From assembly GCA_030141605.1 (NCBI GenBank), contig JAQGDQ010000359.1, positions 175,242 through 239,241 of the forward strand: a DNA stretch of 64,000 bases, read 5' to 3'. The notes under the pieces are model-generated. The model was given only the letters and a program-made list of their open reading frames with translations, searched no databases and was not told the origin of the DNA. The position numbers and the translations under genes are program-made. Below, piece by piece: positions 40,137 to 51,965 of the stretch; the stretch's first letter is position 1; every line of letters starts with the position of its first letter. Source of the stretch: Tubiluchus corallicola (lineage: Eukaryota > Animalia > Priapulida).

Positions 40137-41127
40137 GCTGCTAGATTGCTACTGACTTACTCGTATTACTATTACTGACGAAGTTTCAAAACTGATAGAC
40201 GTAGCTTATCCCACCGCTGTATGTTACAGTTTGTAGAGCTGACAAACTTCTAACTTTGTTTAAAAACACATTTATTAAAACTGCTTTTATAAGAACAAGA
40301 GCTTTTAACAAAATAAAGCAACCAATTTCCTCGCCATGGCGTTCTGCTAATCTGTACCCTGTCCTTCTTTTTCTCTCCTCTGCTCCCGTCTTCCTAATTT
40401 GCCCAACTAGTTCACTAATCAAGCCATATTGCATCTATGACTCAAGTACAGCTTAGTCAAGCGCAACATTATTAGTATCATCATCATCATCATCATTATT
40501 ACCGTATTTTCCCGTGTATAAGAGACCCTTTTTTGCACACTTTAACCTCAGCACACCCTCACATATTCCACTAACTACCATACCAGACAATTCCAAACCA
40601 GTTGATAAGTCCATTGACCCTCCTTCGACTGCATCAGCTCCACCCAACCCAGTTATACCACTACGTCGTTCAACTCGGCAGAGGACAACTCCTCAGTGGC
40701 ACAAAGACTTTGATATGTCTGGTAATTTGGTCAGTTATCAGTCTTCGACGTATGCTACCTCCGTCCAAGACTTAGGGGGGGGGGATAGAGGATCTTGAAG
40801 ATTTCAGCATATGAAGAGCACCCGTATTGCTGTTTGCCAGGAGGCAATTCTTAACACATTTAACGATAAGAACTCCATGCAGTGTCGAGCAGATGTTTAA
40901 CATTTAGAACGGTATATTATTTGCAGTTATACTTTTGTGATTAAAGGAACAATGCTTAAATTAGTATAATTCGAAACATTTATATTTGTACTTATGCGGT
41001 ATGGCAGTATTATATGTAATTATTTTGTTGTTGTTATTTCAGCCTGATCATTGCTGCAATATCATAAATAAACCACTTTGATTGATTCAGCAAAAACTTC
41101 CATAGTTATTTATGATCAGGCGGAAGA

Positions 41128-43026
41128 ATGCCAATTGTTCAATGCCCAATTACTGGCTGCAATTATGCAACAGAGGACTTGTCGGAGGCTATCGTTCTCG
41201 AACTCCTGCAAATACATCGTGGTAGTCACACCACGAACACAGAGGCGGCACCACCCGCACATTCTGCTCCAACTGCGAAAATTGAAAAAGTGAAAAGGCC
41301 TACTGTATCTGCCGCCGGTACCAGCGAAGAATGGGCATATTTTACCACACGTTGGCAAGAATACGTAGATGCCACTGGTATCACTGGTAAAGACAGAGTA
41401 ATTCAATTATTAGAATGTTGTGATGAAACGTTACGTAAAGATCTCACTCGTTCTGCTGGTGGCAGTCTCAGTGGCAAAGCAGAAGATGTAGTTCTTAATG
41501 CTATCAAAAAGCTCGCTGTTCGCGTTGAGAACACCATGGTGGCTCGTGTAGCATTGCATGATATGCGACAAGACCGTGAAGAACCTATCCGTGCATTCTG
41601 CGCCCGTCTACGAGGACAAGCCGGCATCTGCAATTATGAAGTGAAATGTCCCGAGTGCGACACCAGTGTCAGCTATACCAACGAAATAATTCGTGACTGT
41701 ATCACACGCGGCATCGCAGATCCAGAAATCCAACTGGACATTCTCGGCGACAAAAATCAAGTCATGGAAATCGAAGAATTATTAATGCTAATTGAAAGCA
41801 GAGAATCTGGAAAAAGATCTGCTTCAAAACTCTTCGATACCCACAATGCTGAAGCAGTGCGTAGCTCATACAGACGAACAACAAGCAATCTAGCCAAAGA
41901 TAAAACATCTGAACCATGCAGCCACTGTGGAAGGCACGGTCATGGAAGTGGTTCTGATTTTCAATTACGACAGGACAAATGTCCAGCTTTCGGCAAAACC
42001 TGTACATATTGCAGTCGCAGAAACCATTTCGCTCCGGTATGTAGATCTAGAAATAAGCCAAAACATGCTGTTCCAGACCGTGACAGAGGTCGTGAACAAT
42101 CCACCTCACTGGGTGAACAGGGAGCTGTGTTCGATACATTGTGTTCATTTACACCACACGTACATGAAAAAAATAGCCGTCGTACAGTTCCCCTTAGTCA
42201 TCACCTATATGACCAGATGTGTAATAGTTGGCTACGCCAACCATCGAAGCCTCAACCATTTGTTACACTGCGCATGTCAATAAACCCAAGTGACTACACA
42301 GCCCTTGGTTTTCGCTGTGGCAGACAACCAAATTCTTGTATAATTTCAGCAATAGCAGACACCGGATGCCAGAGTTGCTTGTGCAGCCTTAAAATCCTCA
42401 CTCGCATAGGCATATCAGAGCAACATCTCATACCTGTCACCATGCGCATGCAAGCTGCAAATGATCGTGGAATTAACATCCTTGGCGCTGCTATCCTAAG
42501 ATTCACTGGTACATCTACGGCTGGCAAACAACTGGAAACCAGGCAGATCGTATATGTCACCGATACTTCAAACAAATTATACATTAGCCGTGAAGCTTGT
42601 ATTGCACTCGGAATGATCACAGAAAGCTTTCCAAAGATTGGTGAGGTGTGCAACACGCTAGAGATATCATCATCAAACAGCACTTCATCTGAGACACATG
42701 ACATATCCAAACCCCAACAAAACAGTAGTGGTTTGACATCTGAGTGCCACTGTCCACGACGACAGCTGCCACCTACACCACCCTCCCAACTGCCATTTTC
42801 ACCAACGCAAGAAAATTTGCCAAAACTGAGACAGTACCTCCTTGACACTTACAAGGCAAGCACATTCAACATATGTGAGCACCAACCTCTCCCACTTATG
42901 GAAGGGCCCCCTTTGAAACTCATGGTGAATTCTGATGCCACCCCGTGGCACATCACAACCCCATCCCAGTCGCCTTGCATTGGCAGAAACAAGTCAAAGC
43001 AGATATCGATCGCGACGTCCACCTAG
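41128..43026 (+). CDS. Gypsy-2 gag-protease (632 aa as read; joins pol by a frameshift near 42942)
   Basis: N-terminal CPITGC...H finger; CSHCGRHGH...C and [14 protein letters not shown] knuckles; ADTGC protease site. Confidence 0.92.
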   Translation: MPIVQCPITGCNYATEDLSEAIVLELLQIHRGSHTTNTEAAPPAHSAPTAKIEKVKRPTVSAAGTSEEWAYFTTRWQEYVDATGITGKDRVIQLLECCDETLRKDLTRSAGGSLSGKAEDVVLNAIKKLAVRVENTMVARVALHDMRQDREEPIRAFCARLRGQAGICNYEVKCPECDTSVSYTNEIIRDCITRGIADPEIQLDILGDKNQVMEIEELLMLIESRESGKRSASKLFDTHNAEAVRSSYRRTTSNLAKDKTSEPCSHCGRHGHGSGSDFQLRQDKCPAFGKTCTYCSRRNHFAPVCRSRNKPKHAVPDRDRGREQSTSLGEQGAVFDTLCSFTPHVHEKNSRRTVPLSHHLYDQMCNSWLRQPSKPQPFVTLRMSINPSDYTALGFRCGRQPNSCIISAIADTGCQSCLCSLKILTRIGISEQHLIPVTMRMQAANDRGINILGAAILRFTGTSTAGKQLETRQIVYVTDTSNKLYISREACIALGMITESFPKIGEVCNTLEISSSNSTSSETHDISKPQQNSSGLTSECHCPRRQLPPTPPSQLPFSPTQENLPKLRQYLLDTYKASTFNICEHQPLPLMEGPPLKLMVNSDATPWHITTPSQSPCIGRNKSKQISIATST

Positions 43027-46000
43027 GAGTCTTGGAACCTGTCCCCATTGGCGAACCTGTCACTTGGTGCCATCGAATGATTGTATGCCCCAAGAAAAAC
43101 GGCCAACCCCGCAGAACTGTTGACTTTCAAGCCCTAAATGTTCATGCCACAAGAGAAACCCACCACACCCAGTCACCATTTCTGCAGGCAAGATCTGTAC
43201 CCCCAAACATGAAGAAAACGGTACTTGATGCCTGGAATGGCTACCACAGTGTCCCAATCCGTACAGAGGACCGCCATCTTACTACGTTTATCACTCCGTG
43301 GGGCCGATATCGCTACAAAACAGCCCCACAGGGCTACATTGCTTCGGGTGATGGTTACTCAAGACGCTATGACGAGATTGTGTCACACGTACCCCGTCAC
43401 ACAAAATGTATTGATGACACACTCCTCTGGTCACCTACAATCAAAGAAAGCTTTTTCCAGGCAATAGAATGGCTTGACATATGTGGCCGTCATGGCATCA
43501 CTCTTAATCCTGACAAGTTCATCTTTGCTGAAGACACAGTTGAATTTGCAGGATTTGAAATTACACCCAATAGTGTCCGCCCTTGTCGGCGATATCTCCA
43601 AGCTATACTAAAATTTCCCACTCCAAAAAACATCACTGATGTTCGATCTTGGTTCGGCGTAATAAACCAAGTTAGTTATGCTTTCAGTATGGCTGACCGA
43701 ATGCTTCCATTCCGTGCACTCCTGAAACCCGGGACCCCATTCACATGGAATGCACAACTAGATGAGATATTTAATGAGTCCAAGGCACTCATTGTTCAGG
43801 AAATAGAAGACGGTGTTCGAATTTTCGATAAAACACGGCCGACATGCTTGGCCACTGATTGGTCAAAGTCAGGCATTGGCTTCTGGCTGCTCCAAAAACA
43901 CTGCAAATGCCCCAAATCAACTCCTTTTTGTTGCCGTACTGGGTGGAAAATCACTCTTGTGGGAAGCCGATTCACCACACCAGCAGAATCACGATATGCC
44001 CCAATTGAAGGTGAAGCCCTAGCAGTGGCAGATGCCCTTCAAAAAGCTAGGTACTTTGTCCTGGGTTGTACAAACCTGACTATTGCAGTGGACCACAAAC
44101 CATTGCTCAAGATCTTCAGCAACAGATCCCTTGATGACATGCCCAACCCTCGCCTTAGGAATCTGAAGGAAAAGACGCTCCGTTTCAAATTCCAGGTCAT
44201 ACATGTCCCTGGAGCAAAACATCGAGCTGCAGATGGCATCTCTCGACACCCGTCTTGCCCTGGCCATGCTGGTGATATGCCTTTGCCTGACGACATTGCC
44301 ACAATTCGACAGGACACTAATATTACCTTGCCAAACCTACCTACTTTCTTTTTGGAAGGTATTCGTTGTCAGGAAACGCCTTCAGATTCCTTTGAGACAT
44401 CCTTAATATGTTCAGCTGCCACAAAGCTTGCAAACTTCAAATCAGTGACATGGGATATGGTCCGAGTTGCTACAACAAGTGACACCACCATGAACTTATT
44501 AAGAGACATCATAGAAACTAACGTGCCAGAAGCACGTCAGGAGTTCCCAGCTCCAATACGTGAGTATTACCAGTTCAGGGAACACCTCCACACCATCGAT
44601 GGTGTTATTCTCTATAAAGAACGCATCGTTATTCCCCCATGCCTACGTGACACTGTGCTTTCATCACTCCATGCAGCACACCAAGGGGTCTCATCCATGA
44701 TTTCTCGTGCAGAATCATCAGTATTCTGGCCAGGCATAACGACAGCCATATCGGCACTTCGAAGTCGTTGCCAAGAATGCAACCGTATTGCACCCTCACA
44801 ACCGGCAGCACCGCCCGTTCCCCCAGTTTTGCCGGTATACCCATTTCAGTGCATCTGCGCTGACTTCTTTCATTACAAGGGCGTCTACTACCTCGTTGTT
44901 GTTGACCGTTATTCCAACTGGCCCATTGTCGAACGTTCTCCAATTGGGGCCACTGGTCTCATTGCCTGCCTCCGCCGAGTTTTTGTCACTTACGGCATTG
45001 CTGAGGAACTGGCCTCAGATGGTGGCCCAGAATTTATTTCATTCCAAACACGCCAGTTTTTTTCAGACTGGGGTGTCCATCATCGTTTCTCTTCGGTTGC
45101 CTTTCCTCACAGCAATTGTAGAGCCGAATTAGGCGTTAAGACCGTTAAGCGCATGATTATGAATAATACTGGCCCCCAGGGAGACCTTAATACAGACTTG
45201 TTTCAACGAGCAATCCTGCAGTACAGAAACTGCCCAGACAGAGATACCAAACTCTCACCTGCCCAGTGTCTGTTTGGCCGCCCTATACGAGACTTCATCC
45301 CTATAATACCCGGTCGCTACCAACCTCATAACACTTGGCAGGAATCACTACTAGCCCGAGAAGAAGCCTTGCGTAACAGACACATGAAAGCATCGGAACG
45401 GTGGACTGAACACACAAAACGCTTACCCCCACTAGTTGTTGGTGACAAGGTACATTTACAAAATCAGACTGGGAAACATCCTACCAAATGGGACAAGTCT
45501 GGTATAGTCATTGAAGTCCGTCAATATGACCAATATGTCATCAAGGTGGATGGCTCGGGCAGAGTAACACTTCGGAATAGACGTTTTCTTCGGAAATATG
45601 AACCAATTCATCCACCACGCCCCAGTATCTCTATTGATACTGACCTTGCTTACAATGACAGATGCTTACCAGTTGAGAAACCTGCAACATCAACCACTTT
45701 GCCACCTAAAACAAACCAACGCCCTAATAATTCAACCTTAGTGTCACCCAAACACATGGATTTCAAACAAACAGACAAACCTGTTGGACCAGAGGACCCT
45801 CTCCCTAACCTCAGCACACCCTCACATATTCCACTAACTACCATACCAGACAATTCCAAACCAGTTGATAAGTCCATTGACCCTCCTTCGACTGCATCAG
45901 CTCCACCCAACCCAGTTATACCACTACGTCGTTCAACTCGGCAGAGGACAACTCCTCAGTGGCACAAAGACTTTGATATGTCTGGTAATTTGGTCAGTTA

Positions 46001-46049
46001 TCAGTCTTCGACGTATGCTACCTCCGTCCAAGACTTAGGGGGGGGATAG
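42945..46049 (+). CDS. Gypsy-2 pol: RT, RNase H, integrase (1034 aa open)
   Basis: [34 protein letters not shown]...CQEC, ADFF, SDGGPEF, RAELGVK. The ORF runs through the PPT and stops on the first TAG of the 3' LTR. Confidence 0.95.
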   Translation: MAHHNPIPVALHWQKQVKADIDRDVHLGVLEPVPIGEPVTWCHRMIVCPKKNGQPRRTVDFQALNVHATRETHHTQSPFLQARSVPPNMKKTVLDAWNGYHSVPIRTEDRHLTTFITPWGRYRYKTAPQGYIASGDGYSRRYDEIVSHVPRHTKCIDDTLLWSPTIKESFFQAIEWLDICGRHGITLNPDKFIFAEDTVEFAGFEITPNSVRPCRRYLQAILKFPTPKNITDVRSWFGVINQVSYAFSMADRMLPFRALLKPGTPFTWNAQLDEIFNESKALIVQEIEDGVRIFDKTRPTCLATDWSKSGIGFWLLQKHCKCPKSTPFCCRTGWKITLVGSRFTTPAESRYAPIEGEALAVADALQKARYFVLGCTNLTIAVDHKPLLKIFSNRSLDDMPNPRLRNLKEKTLRFKFQVIHVPGAKHRAADGISRHPSCPGHAGDMPLPDDIATIRQDTNITLPNLPTFFLEGIRCQETPSDSFETSLICSAATKLANFKSVTWDMVRVATTSDTTMNLLRDIIETNVPEARQEFPAPIREYYQFREHLHTIDGVILYKERIVIPPCLRDTVLSSLHAAHQGVSSMISRAESSVFWPGITTAISALRSRCQECNRIAPSQPAAPPVPPVLPVYPFQCICADFFHYKGVYYLVVVDRYSNWPIVERSPIGATGLIACLRRVFVTYGIAEELASDGGPEFISFQTRQFFSDWGVHHRFSSVAFPHSNCRAELGVKTVKRMIMNNTGPQGDLNTDLFQRAILQYRNCPDRDTKLSPAQCLFGRPIRDFIPIIPGRYQPHNTWQESLLAREEALRNRHMKASERWTEHTKRLPPLVVGDKVHLQNQTGKHPTKWDKSGIVIEVRQYDQYVIKVDGSGRVTLRNRRFLRKYEPIHPPRPSISIDTDLAYNDRCLPVEKPATSTTLPPKTNQRPNNSTLVSPKHMDFKQTDKPVGPEDPLPNLSTPSHIPLTTIPDNSKPVDKSIDPPSTASAPPNPVIPLRRSTRQRTTPQWHKDFDMSGNLVSYQSSTYATSVQDLGGG

Positions 46050-46475
46050 AGGATCTTGAAGATTTCAGCATATGAAGAGCACCCGTATTGCTGTTTGCCA
46101 GGAGGCAATTCTTAACACATTTAACGATAAGAACTCCATGCAGTGTCGAGCAGATGTTTAACATTTAGAACGGTATATTATTTGCAGTTATACTTTTGCG
46201 ATTAAAGGAACAATTCTTAAATTAGCATAATTCGAAACATTTATATTTGTACTTATGCGGTATGGCAGTATTATATGTAATTATTTTGTTGTTGTTATTT
46301 CAGCCTGATCATTGCTGCAATATCATAAATAAACCACTTTGATTGATTCAGCAAAAACTTCCATAGTTATTTAGAGGGTATGCATTCAATGTCACAGTCT
46401 GCGACAATGTTTGAAACCAGGTTGTGCTCCTATCAACGTTTAATTATGCAGTCCACTTTTAAATAGAGTTCTAAG

Positions 46476-46871
46476 TAGGGATGAGCATTCTCAAGCAGAA
46501 AACTAACTCGAATCGAATCGAATTTGTGACTTTCGAATTCGAAACGAACCGAATTTCAGTATTTCGAATCCGAATCGAATACGAATTGAGTTTGAAAGAT
46601 GTTCGAACAAGTTTTCGAACCACTAGTAAAAAGTGGTCTTACAAAGATTACTTGATTTTGTTCTGCAGTAAAACCGCTATTAGTTTACTAAAAATTTTGC
46701 ACAGAAATCACAGCTAAATTGAACTAATTGCGTGACGTTTCAAATGTTTTAATGATAAAGAACATAAGTGGCTGAAGTGCTGAATTACTCGAATCTATAA
46801 TTTTAGCTTCGAATCGAATTCGATCTAAAAAACTCGTTCGAACAAATTCGAACGTTCGATGCTCACCCCTA
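46476..46871. mobile_element. MITE, hAT-like, with CGAATCGAAT subterminal repeats
   Basis: TAGGGATGAGCAT ... ATGCTCACCCCTA termini; same family as 25429-25797. Confidence 0.8.
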
Positions 46872-47330
46872 GTTCAACTTCAAACTTATACGAAAACCCA
46901 TTTTACAGTTTCATATAGAAAAATTTAGACATGCGTTGGCAAAATAAAAGATTTCTGTTTTGTAGTTACCTGCAGACAGTTTGGCGCTTTGCGGCAGCTG
47001 CGTGTGTTTCGTGGACAAGTGTCCAATTCAGAAGTTCTCAGACTCGTAGCAGAAATATTAGTAGATGAATATAGCAAATATTTAATGATTTCCCGGTAGT
47101 ATAGTCTGCAAGTGCTTTGTTGGCTACACGCAACCCCTTCGGCAGTTTCAGAACTGTGTATAAACGACAAACCAATCCATTTACTTGATAATATTATGTA
47201 GGTTTTTAGTATGACTCTGCCTGATTTCAGTCTAGTCATTGCTAAAAAATTGCTTGCTTTCTTTATATTGAAGGCACACATAAGACCGTTAACACTTTCA
47301 TAGTCTGTTAACACACCGCCAACAAATGTA

Positions 47331-49323
47331 GGTAAATTGGCAAGGTAAAAATTGCACAGGAAAAAATTGCACATTAAAAATGGCACAAATGGAAAAGTTG
47401 GTAAAAATCGCGCATGTAACAATGGCGCAGCAACAATGGCACAGGAACAATGGCAGAAATGGAAAAGTTGGTAAAAAGCGCGCCGGTGACAATGGCACAG
47501 GAACAACGGCATACGAAAAATGGCAAGGTAAAATGGCAAGGTAAAAATGGCGCAGGAAAAAAATGCACAGAATAATAGCACAGGAAAAATGACACAGTAA
47601 AATATACCACACGAAAAAATGGCACAAATAGGAAAGTAGGTAAAATGGCACACGGAAAAAAATGGCACAGAAAAAATTGCACACTTAGTAAAATATGAGT
47701 TTAGGGTTAGGGTTGGGGGGGGGATAATTATTCTAGTTATTTTTACCTCTGCCAATGAAGTCATGCTTCAACACAGTTTGTTTGTTTAGTTAGTGAGTGG
47801 CGCACCCTGGTGGGTGAGTCAGCGACATTTTACCAATTGGTAAAAACATTTTAAATAATTAAAAATTTTCTTTTCTAGTTACATAAGTCTTTCCAGGAGG
47901 TAATCAAAATGCTAAGTAATATAGATTTGCATGGAAAGTTTTTTGGGACATAATTTAACATTTCCTTTTCTTCCCCTGATTTACGTTTGCGTAGTGACGT
48001 CATGTAATTACGACAACAGTATTGCGGGAGATTTAAAATGAAAACAAACAAAAATTCCTTGCAACGCGAGTACGATATACGGATAGAATTGCTGCAAAAT
48101 AATATAATTTTTTAAGGTGATTTTTCTGAAACCAGTTCAGGAACCCCTTTTCTTGTCCTTTAATCTTTACTGGATTTGGATGCCTTTGTGTGCAATAGCA
48201 GTAAGAGTGTTACGCAAAAATTACCCAACAGATTTCCACGAAACTTTGTGGAGAAAGCGAGTATTGGCTGCCAAAATTGACGTTTTTTCGACAATAAAGC
48301 ACTTCGTGGAGGTCTACGAAGGGGTGTTTAGTATTATCTGGACTATGACAAACAACTACGAGTTAGTTCCGGGTTCCATTTCGAGAAATTCTTGCTTGAA
48401 AATCTGTGTCCCGCCGTCTACACCCTTTGCTTATTAATGTGTGTAGCCTAGTAAGCTGACTTTTATGTAAATACGTATATATGTCAACCTGCTACAATTG
48501 CCAAAATTAATGGTTAAAAAGGGTAGAGAAACGAGATGTGTTTACAAGTATAAACACCAATTATAAACATTATTGATCACAATTCTATTTAATGAACAAA
48601 ATATTATTTAGTCTTTAGCTGTTGTATATAATGCTAGTACAGGTACATTTTGTGTGTTTGCTTGTTTATCTTTCTTTTACATTTTTTTAATCAAAAGAAT
48701 AAGACGAATAAGTTTAGGATTGTTCGGCTTTAGCAGAAATCTGCTTTCTACTGAGCGCATTCTAGTTTTATTAAGGAAATCAATTGCATCAAAATAACAT
48801 ATTAGCCATTTTTCTAATTTTCTTTTTGTGCCATTTTTCCTGTACCATTTTTACCTGTGCCATTTTACCATGCCATTTTCCTTGTGCCATTTTTACCTGT
48901 GCCAATTTACCTTGCCATTTTTCCTGTTCCATTTTTACCTGTGCCATTTTACCATGCCATTTTCCTTATGCCATTTTTACCTGTGCAATTTTACCATGCC
49001 ATTTTTCCTGTACCATTTTTACCTGTGCCAATTTACCTTGCCATTTTTCCTGTAGCATTTGCACCTGTGCGATTTTACCTTGTCATTTTTCCTGTACCAT
49101 TTTTACCTGTGCCAATTTACCTTGCCATTTTTCCTGTAGCATTTTTACCTGTGCCATTTTACCATGCCATTTTTCCTGTAGCATTTTACCTGTGCCAATT
49201 TACCATGCCATTTTTCCTGTAGCATTTTTACATGTGCCATTTTACCATGCCATTTTTCCTGTAGCATTTTTATCTGTGCCATTTTACCATGCAATTTTCC
49301 TTGTGCCATTTTTACCGCGCACC
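47331..49323. mobile_element. Non-autonomous foldback-like DNA element with long inverted arrays of AAAATGGCA / TGCCATTTT
   Basis: 47331-47690 (aaaaatggcac...) mirrors 48827-49323 (gtgccattttt...). Contains TTAGGGTTAGGG at 47701 and a nested repeat. Confidence 0.75.
47905..48295 (+). repeat. Dispersed repeat, copy 1
   Basis: aatgctaagtaat...ctgccaaaattgacgtttttt; near-identical to 56525-56915. Confidence 0.8.
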
Positions 49324-50044
49324 ATAACCAACAATTAACTTTTCTCAGGATGCTGACTTACCAGCAACCTTACTCTTCCGTTTGTCAAACCTTAATTGGG
49401 AATTTTCAGGAGTGTTTGCAAAACTGGTTGAAAAGTTTAGGATGACATGCGTCCCGAACAAAAAAAAACAGCACAAGGTTGTCACTGTTACCATCGTCTG
49501 CGAAGTGTGTATTTTGCATAACGTGACTCACTGCACGACAGAATTTAGGAACTAGAGTATAGAAAATGACTTTCAGTTGTCCGATAAAATCGCATGTGTG
49601 TCAAAACTCGACTGAGAAGATTACCAGAAGAACACTTTGCAGCATTCTGTTGCTGATCTTTTCGCAGCAATTTGCTTCGACAAGAGTTGTGAGTGTGTCA
49701 CTGAACGAAAAAGAGGTTTTGATGGGTTGATGCATGTAGAAATAACACTAAAATTTCGACACAGACGTATTGCATTGCACTGCACGTATGTAATCACTTA
49801 TTTATGTCATTTCGCGGAATTGTTTGTGAATGCTAACGACATTTTAGTAAGGTTTGAAATGTTTTATCAATGTCAAACAGCTTGACAAAGGAAAACACGT
49901 TCGCTTGAAGCCAAACAAAGTAAATTTGCGTAAAAGGGTTGATCCGGAAAAAATGGTAAAAATATGTAAACTGATATTTGCTTCGTTTGTAGTTGCGTGC
50001 GCGTTGTACATGTAATCTCATCGGTCGTAATGACAACAAAAACA

Positions 50045-50180
50045 TTACTACTACTGCTGTTACTGCTGCTGCTGCTGTTGTGGTGTTGCTGCTGCTGCTG
50101 CTGCTGCTGTTGCTGCTGTTGTGTGTGTGTGTGTGTGCGTGTGCGTGCGTGCGCGTGCGTGTGCGTGTGTGTGTGTGTGT
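50045..50180. repeat. Compound microsatellite (CTG)n/(TG)n
   Basis: Visible directly. Confidence 0.95.
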
Positions 50181-51254
50181 CCAATAAGATTTCCTTAACG
50201 TACTGATAGCTTTGTACTTGAACTAAAACAGTAGCAGAAATTTCTTACCAACGTCATGGGAGCTTAGATAGTCTGCAAGGAGAAACATGAACTGCTCTTG
50301 TCCAAAAAATAATTTGATAGCCGAATCCTAGCTGACTTTCATTTTAGATTATTAAACCAGTTTTATCTCAAATTTTACGAAAGTTGTAGAGACAGTTTTG
50401 CAATTAAAAATAGTACTAAAATAGTAATAATAAGTATTGCTGAAAGGATTCATTACATGTCCTGTAACTAGCACAACATTGCCTGATTAGTTCTAACTGC
50501 GCGCTAAAACGCAGAATTATTAATCTCCCTATGAGCTTGGGTTTTCATAGCATCAATTGTCTGCGCTTGTACAAGTTAAATGCTTTAAGTACTGTCAATC
50601 GAGCTAAGCCGACATGAGCGTATCGATCCAGAACATCTCAAAGACGATTAACTGGATTGATCCCGACTCTAGTTAGTTCAGCTCTGGAATTAACAAGCTC
50701 TCGCTCGTCTGGGTTTGTGTACACAGGCGAAATTGTTCAACAACCATTTCCAAATAGAGAAACAAATGTTTGTACACTTATTAAAACGTGCTGCCGTGTC
50801 TTTGCATCGGTGAATTTATTGTGTGTTTCGCCTTTGTTAAATTTTTAGCAGAAATTTTTAGTTTTTAATAAATAAGAAAGGAAAGTTTAAAGATAGAAAC
50901 TTATTTAGATATTTACTGTTTTGCCGGTAGAGGACGTTAAAAGATATGTCTTACGTACGCGATGCTCTTATGTAGTACTAGTCTACTGCTCCGAGTAGCT
51001 GCTTCAGTCAGCAATTAATTTGCTCGTACGTAAAGCCTAACATATTTCACACTAGAAGGAGAGAGAAAGGGCGTGTTTTTAATTAATTATCATCCTCTTT
51101 TAAAAGCAGTGATGTAGTTAATCAACTTAGCAGACGACGTGTTAACTATTTAACATAACAGTTACTGAAAAGCGTTGAATCATTTTCGAAAAGAACTCAT
51201 TTTGCTCCATAAAGTTAATAGTGTTTATTGTTTATAAACGTCGCTTTAGACGCT

Positions 51255-51965
51255 GTTGTTTTTCACGTGTCTTGTCCATTGTTATTCACGTGTCTTGTCC
51301 ATTGTTTTTCACGTGTCTTGTCCGTTGATTTTCACATGTCTTGTCCGTTGATTTTCACGTGTCTTGTCCGCTGTTTTTCACGTGTCTTGTCCGTTGTTTT
51401 TCACGTGTCTTATCCGTTGTTTTTCACGTGTCTTGTCCGTTGTTTTTCACGTGTCTTGTCCGTTGTTTTTCACGTGTCTTATCCGTTGTTTTTCACGTGT
51501 CTTGTCCGTTGTTTTTCACGTGTCTTATCCGTTGTTTTTCACGTGTCTTGTCCGCTGTTTTTCACGTGTCTTGTCCGTTGTTTTTCACATGTCTTGTCCG
51601 TTGTTTTTCACGTGTCTTGTCCATTGTTTTTCACGTGTCTTGTCGGTTGTTTTTCACGTGTCTTGTCGGTTGTTTTTCACGTGTCTTGTCCGTTGTTTTT
51701 TACGTGTCTTGTCCGTTGTTTTTCACGTGTCTTGTCCATTGTTTTTCACGTGTCTTGTCCGTTGTTTTTTACGTGTCTTGTCCGTTGTTTTTCACGTGTC
51801 TTGTCCATTGTTTTTCACGTGTCTTGTCCGTTCTTTTTTACGTGTCTTGTCCGTTGTTTTTCACGTGTCTTGTCCGTTGTTTTTCACGTGTCTTGTCCGT
51901 TGTTTTTCACATGTCTTGTCCGTTGTTTTTCACGTGTCTTGTCCGTTGGTTTTCACGTGTCTTTT
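51255..51965. repeat. 23-bp minisatellite (about 31 copies), most units containing CACGTG
   Basis: Unit cacgtgtcttgtccgttgttttt. Confidence 0.95.

Larger units (their letters stand above)
34869..40468 (-). mobile_element. Full-length Ty3/gypsy LTR retrotransposon 1, decayed; LTRs 40468-40222 (5') and 35114-34869 (3')
   Basis: 246/247-bp TG...CA LTRs with 4 differences; TSD TTAT; remnant tRNA-Leu PBS (CAGCGGTGGGAT); domain order gag-PR-RT-RH-INT. Confidence 0.96.
40543..46373 (+). mobile_element. Ty3/gypsy LTR retrotransposon 2 (possibly Mag-lineage) with partial-tandem ends; LTRs about 40786-41112 and 46047-46373
   Basis: 570/568-bp direct repeats (40543-41112, 45806-46373), each made of pol 3' end + G-run PPT + LTR. 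They differ by 3 substitutions and G-run length. Confidence 0.95.
46930..49520 (-). mobile_element. Possible highly decayed piggyBac-like transposase relic, split by the 47331-49323 insertion
   Basis: Faint motifs on both flanks (KRKSK.LLVS.QHP; LTDYE..VNGLMCAFNIKKAS; Cys-rich tail). Weak similarity only. Confidence 0.3.

Noticed and set aside
47701-47722. Interstitial telomere or chromosome-healing site
   Set aside because: Only two TTAGGG units, inside a TIR element.
48784-49338. Cys/His-rich metallothionein-like ORFs
   Set aside because: Translations of the TGCCATTTT array, open in several frames.
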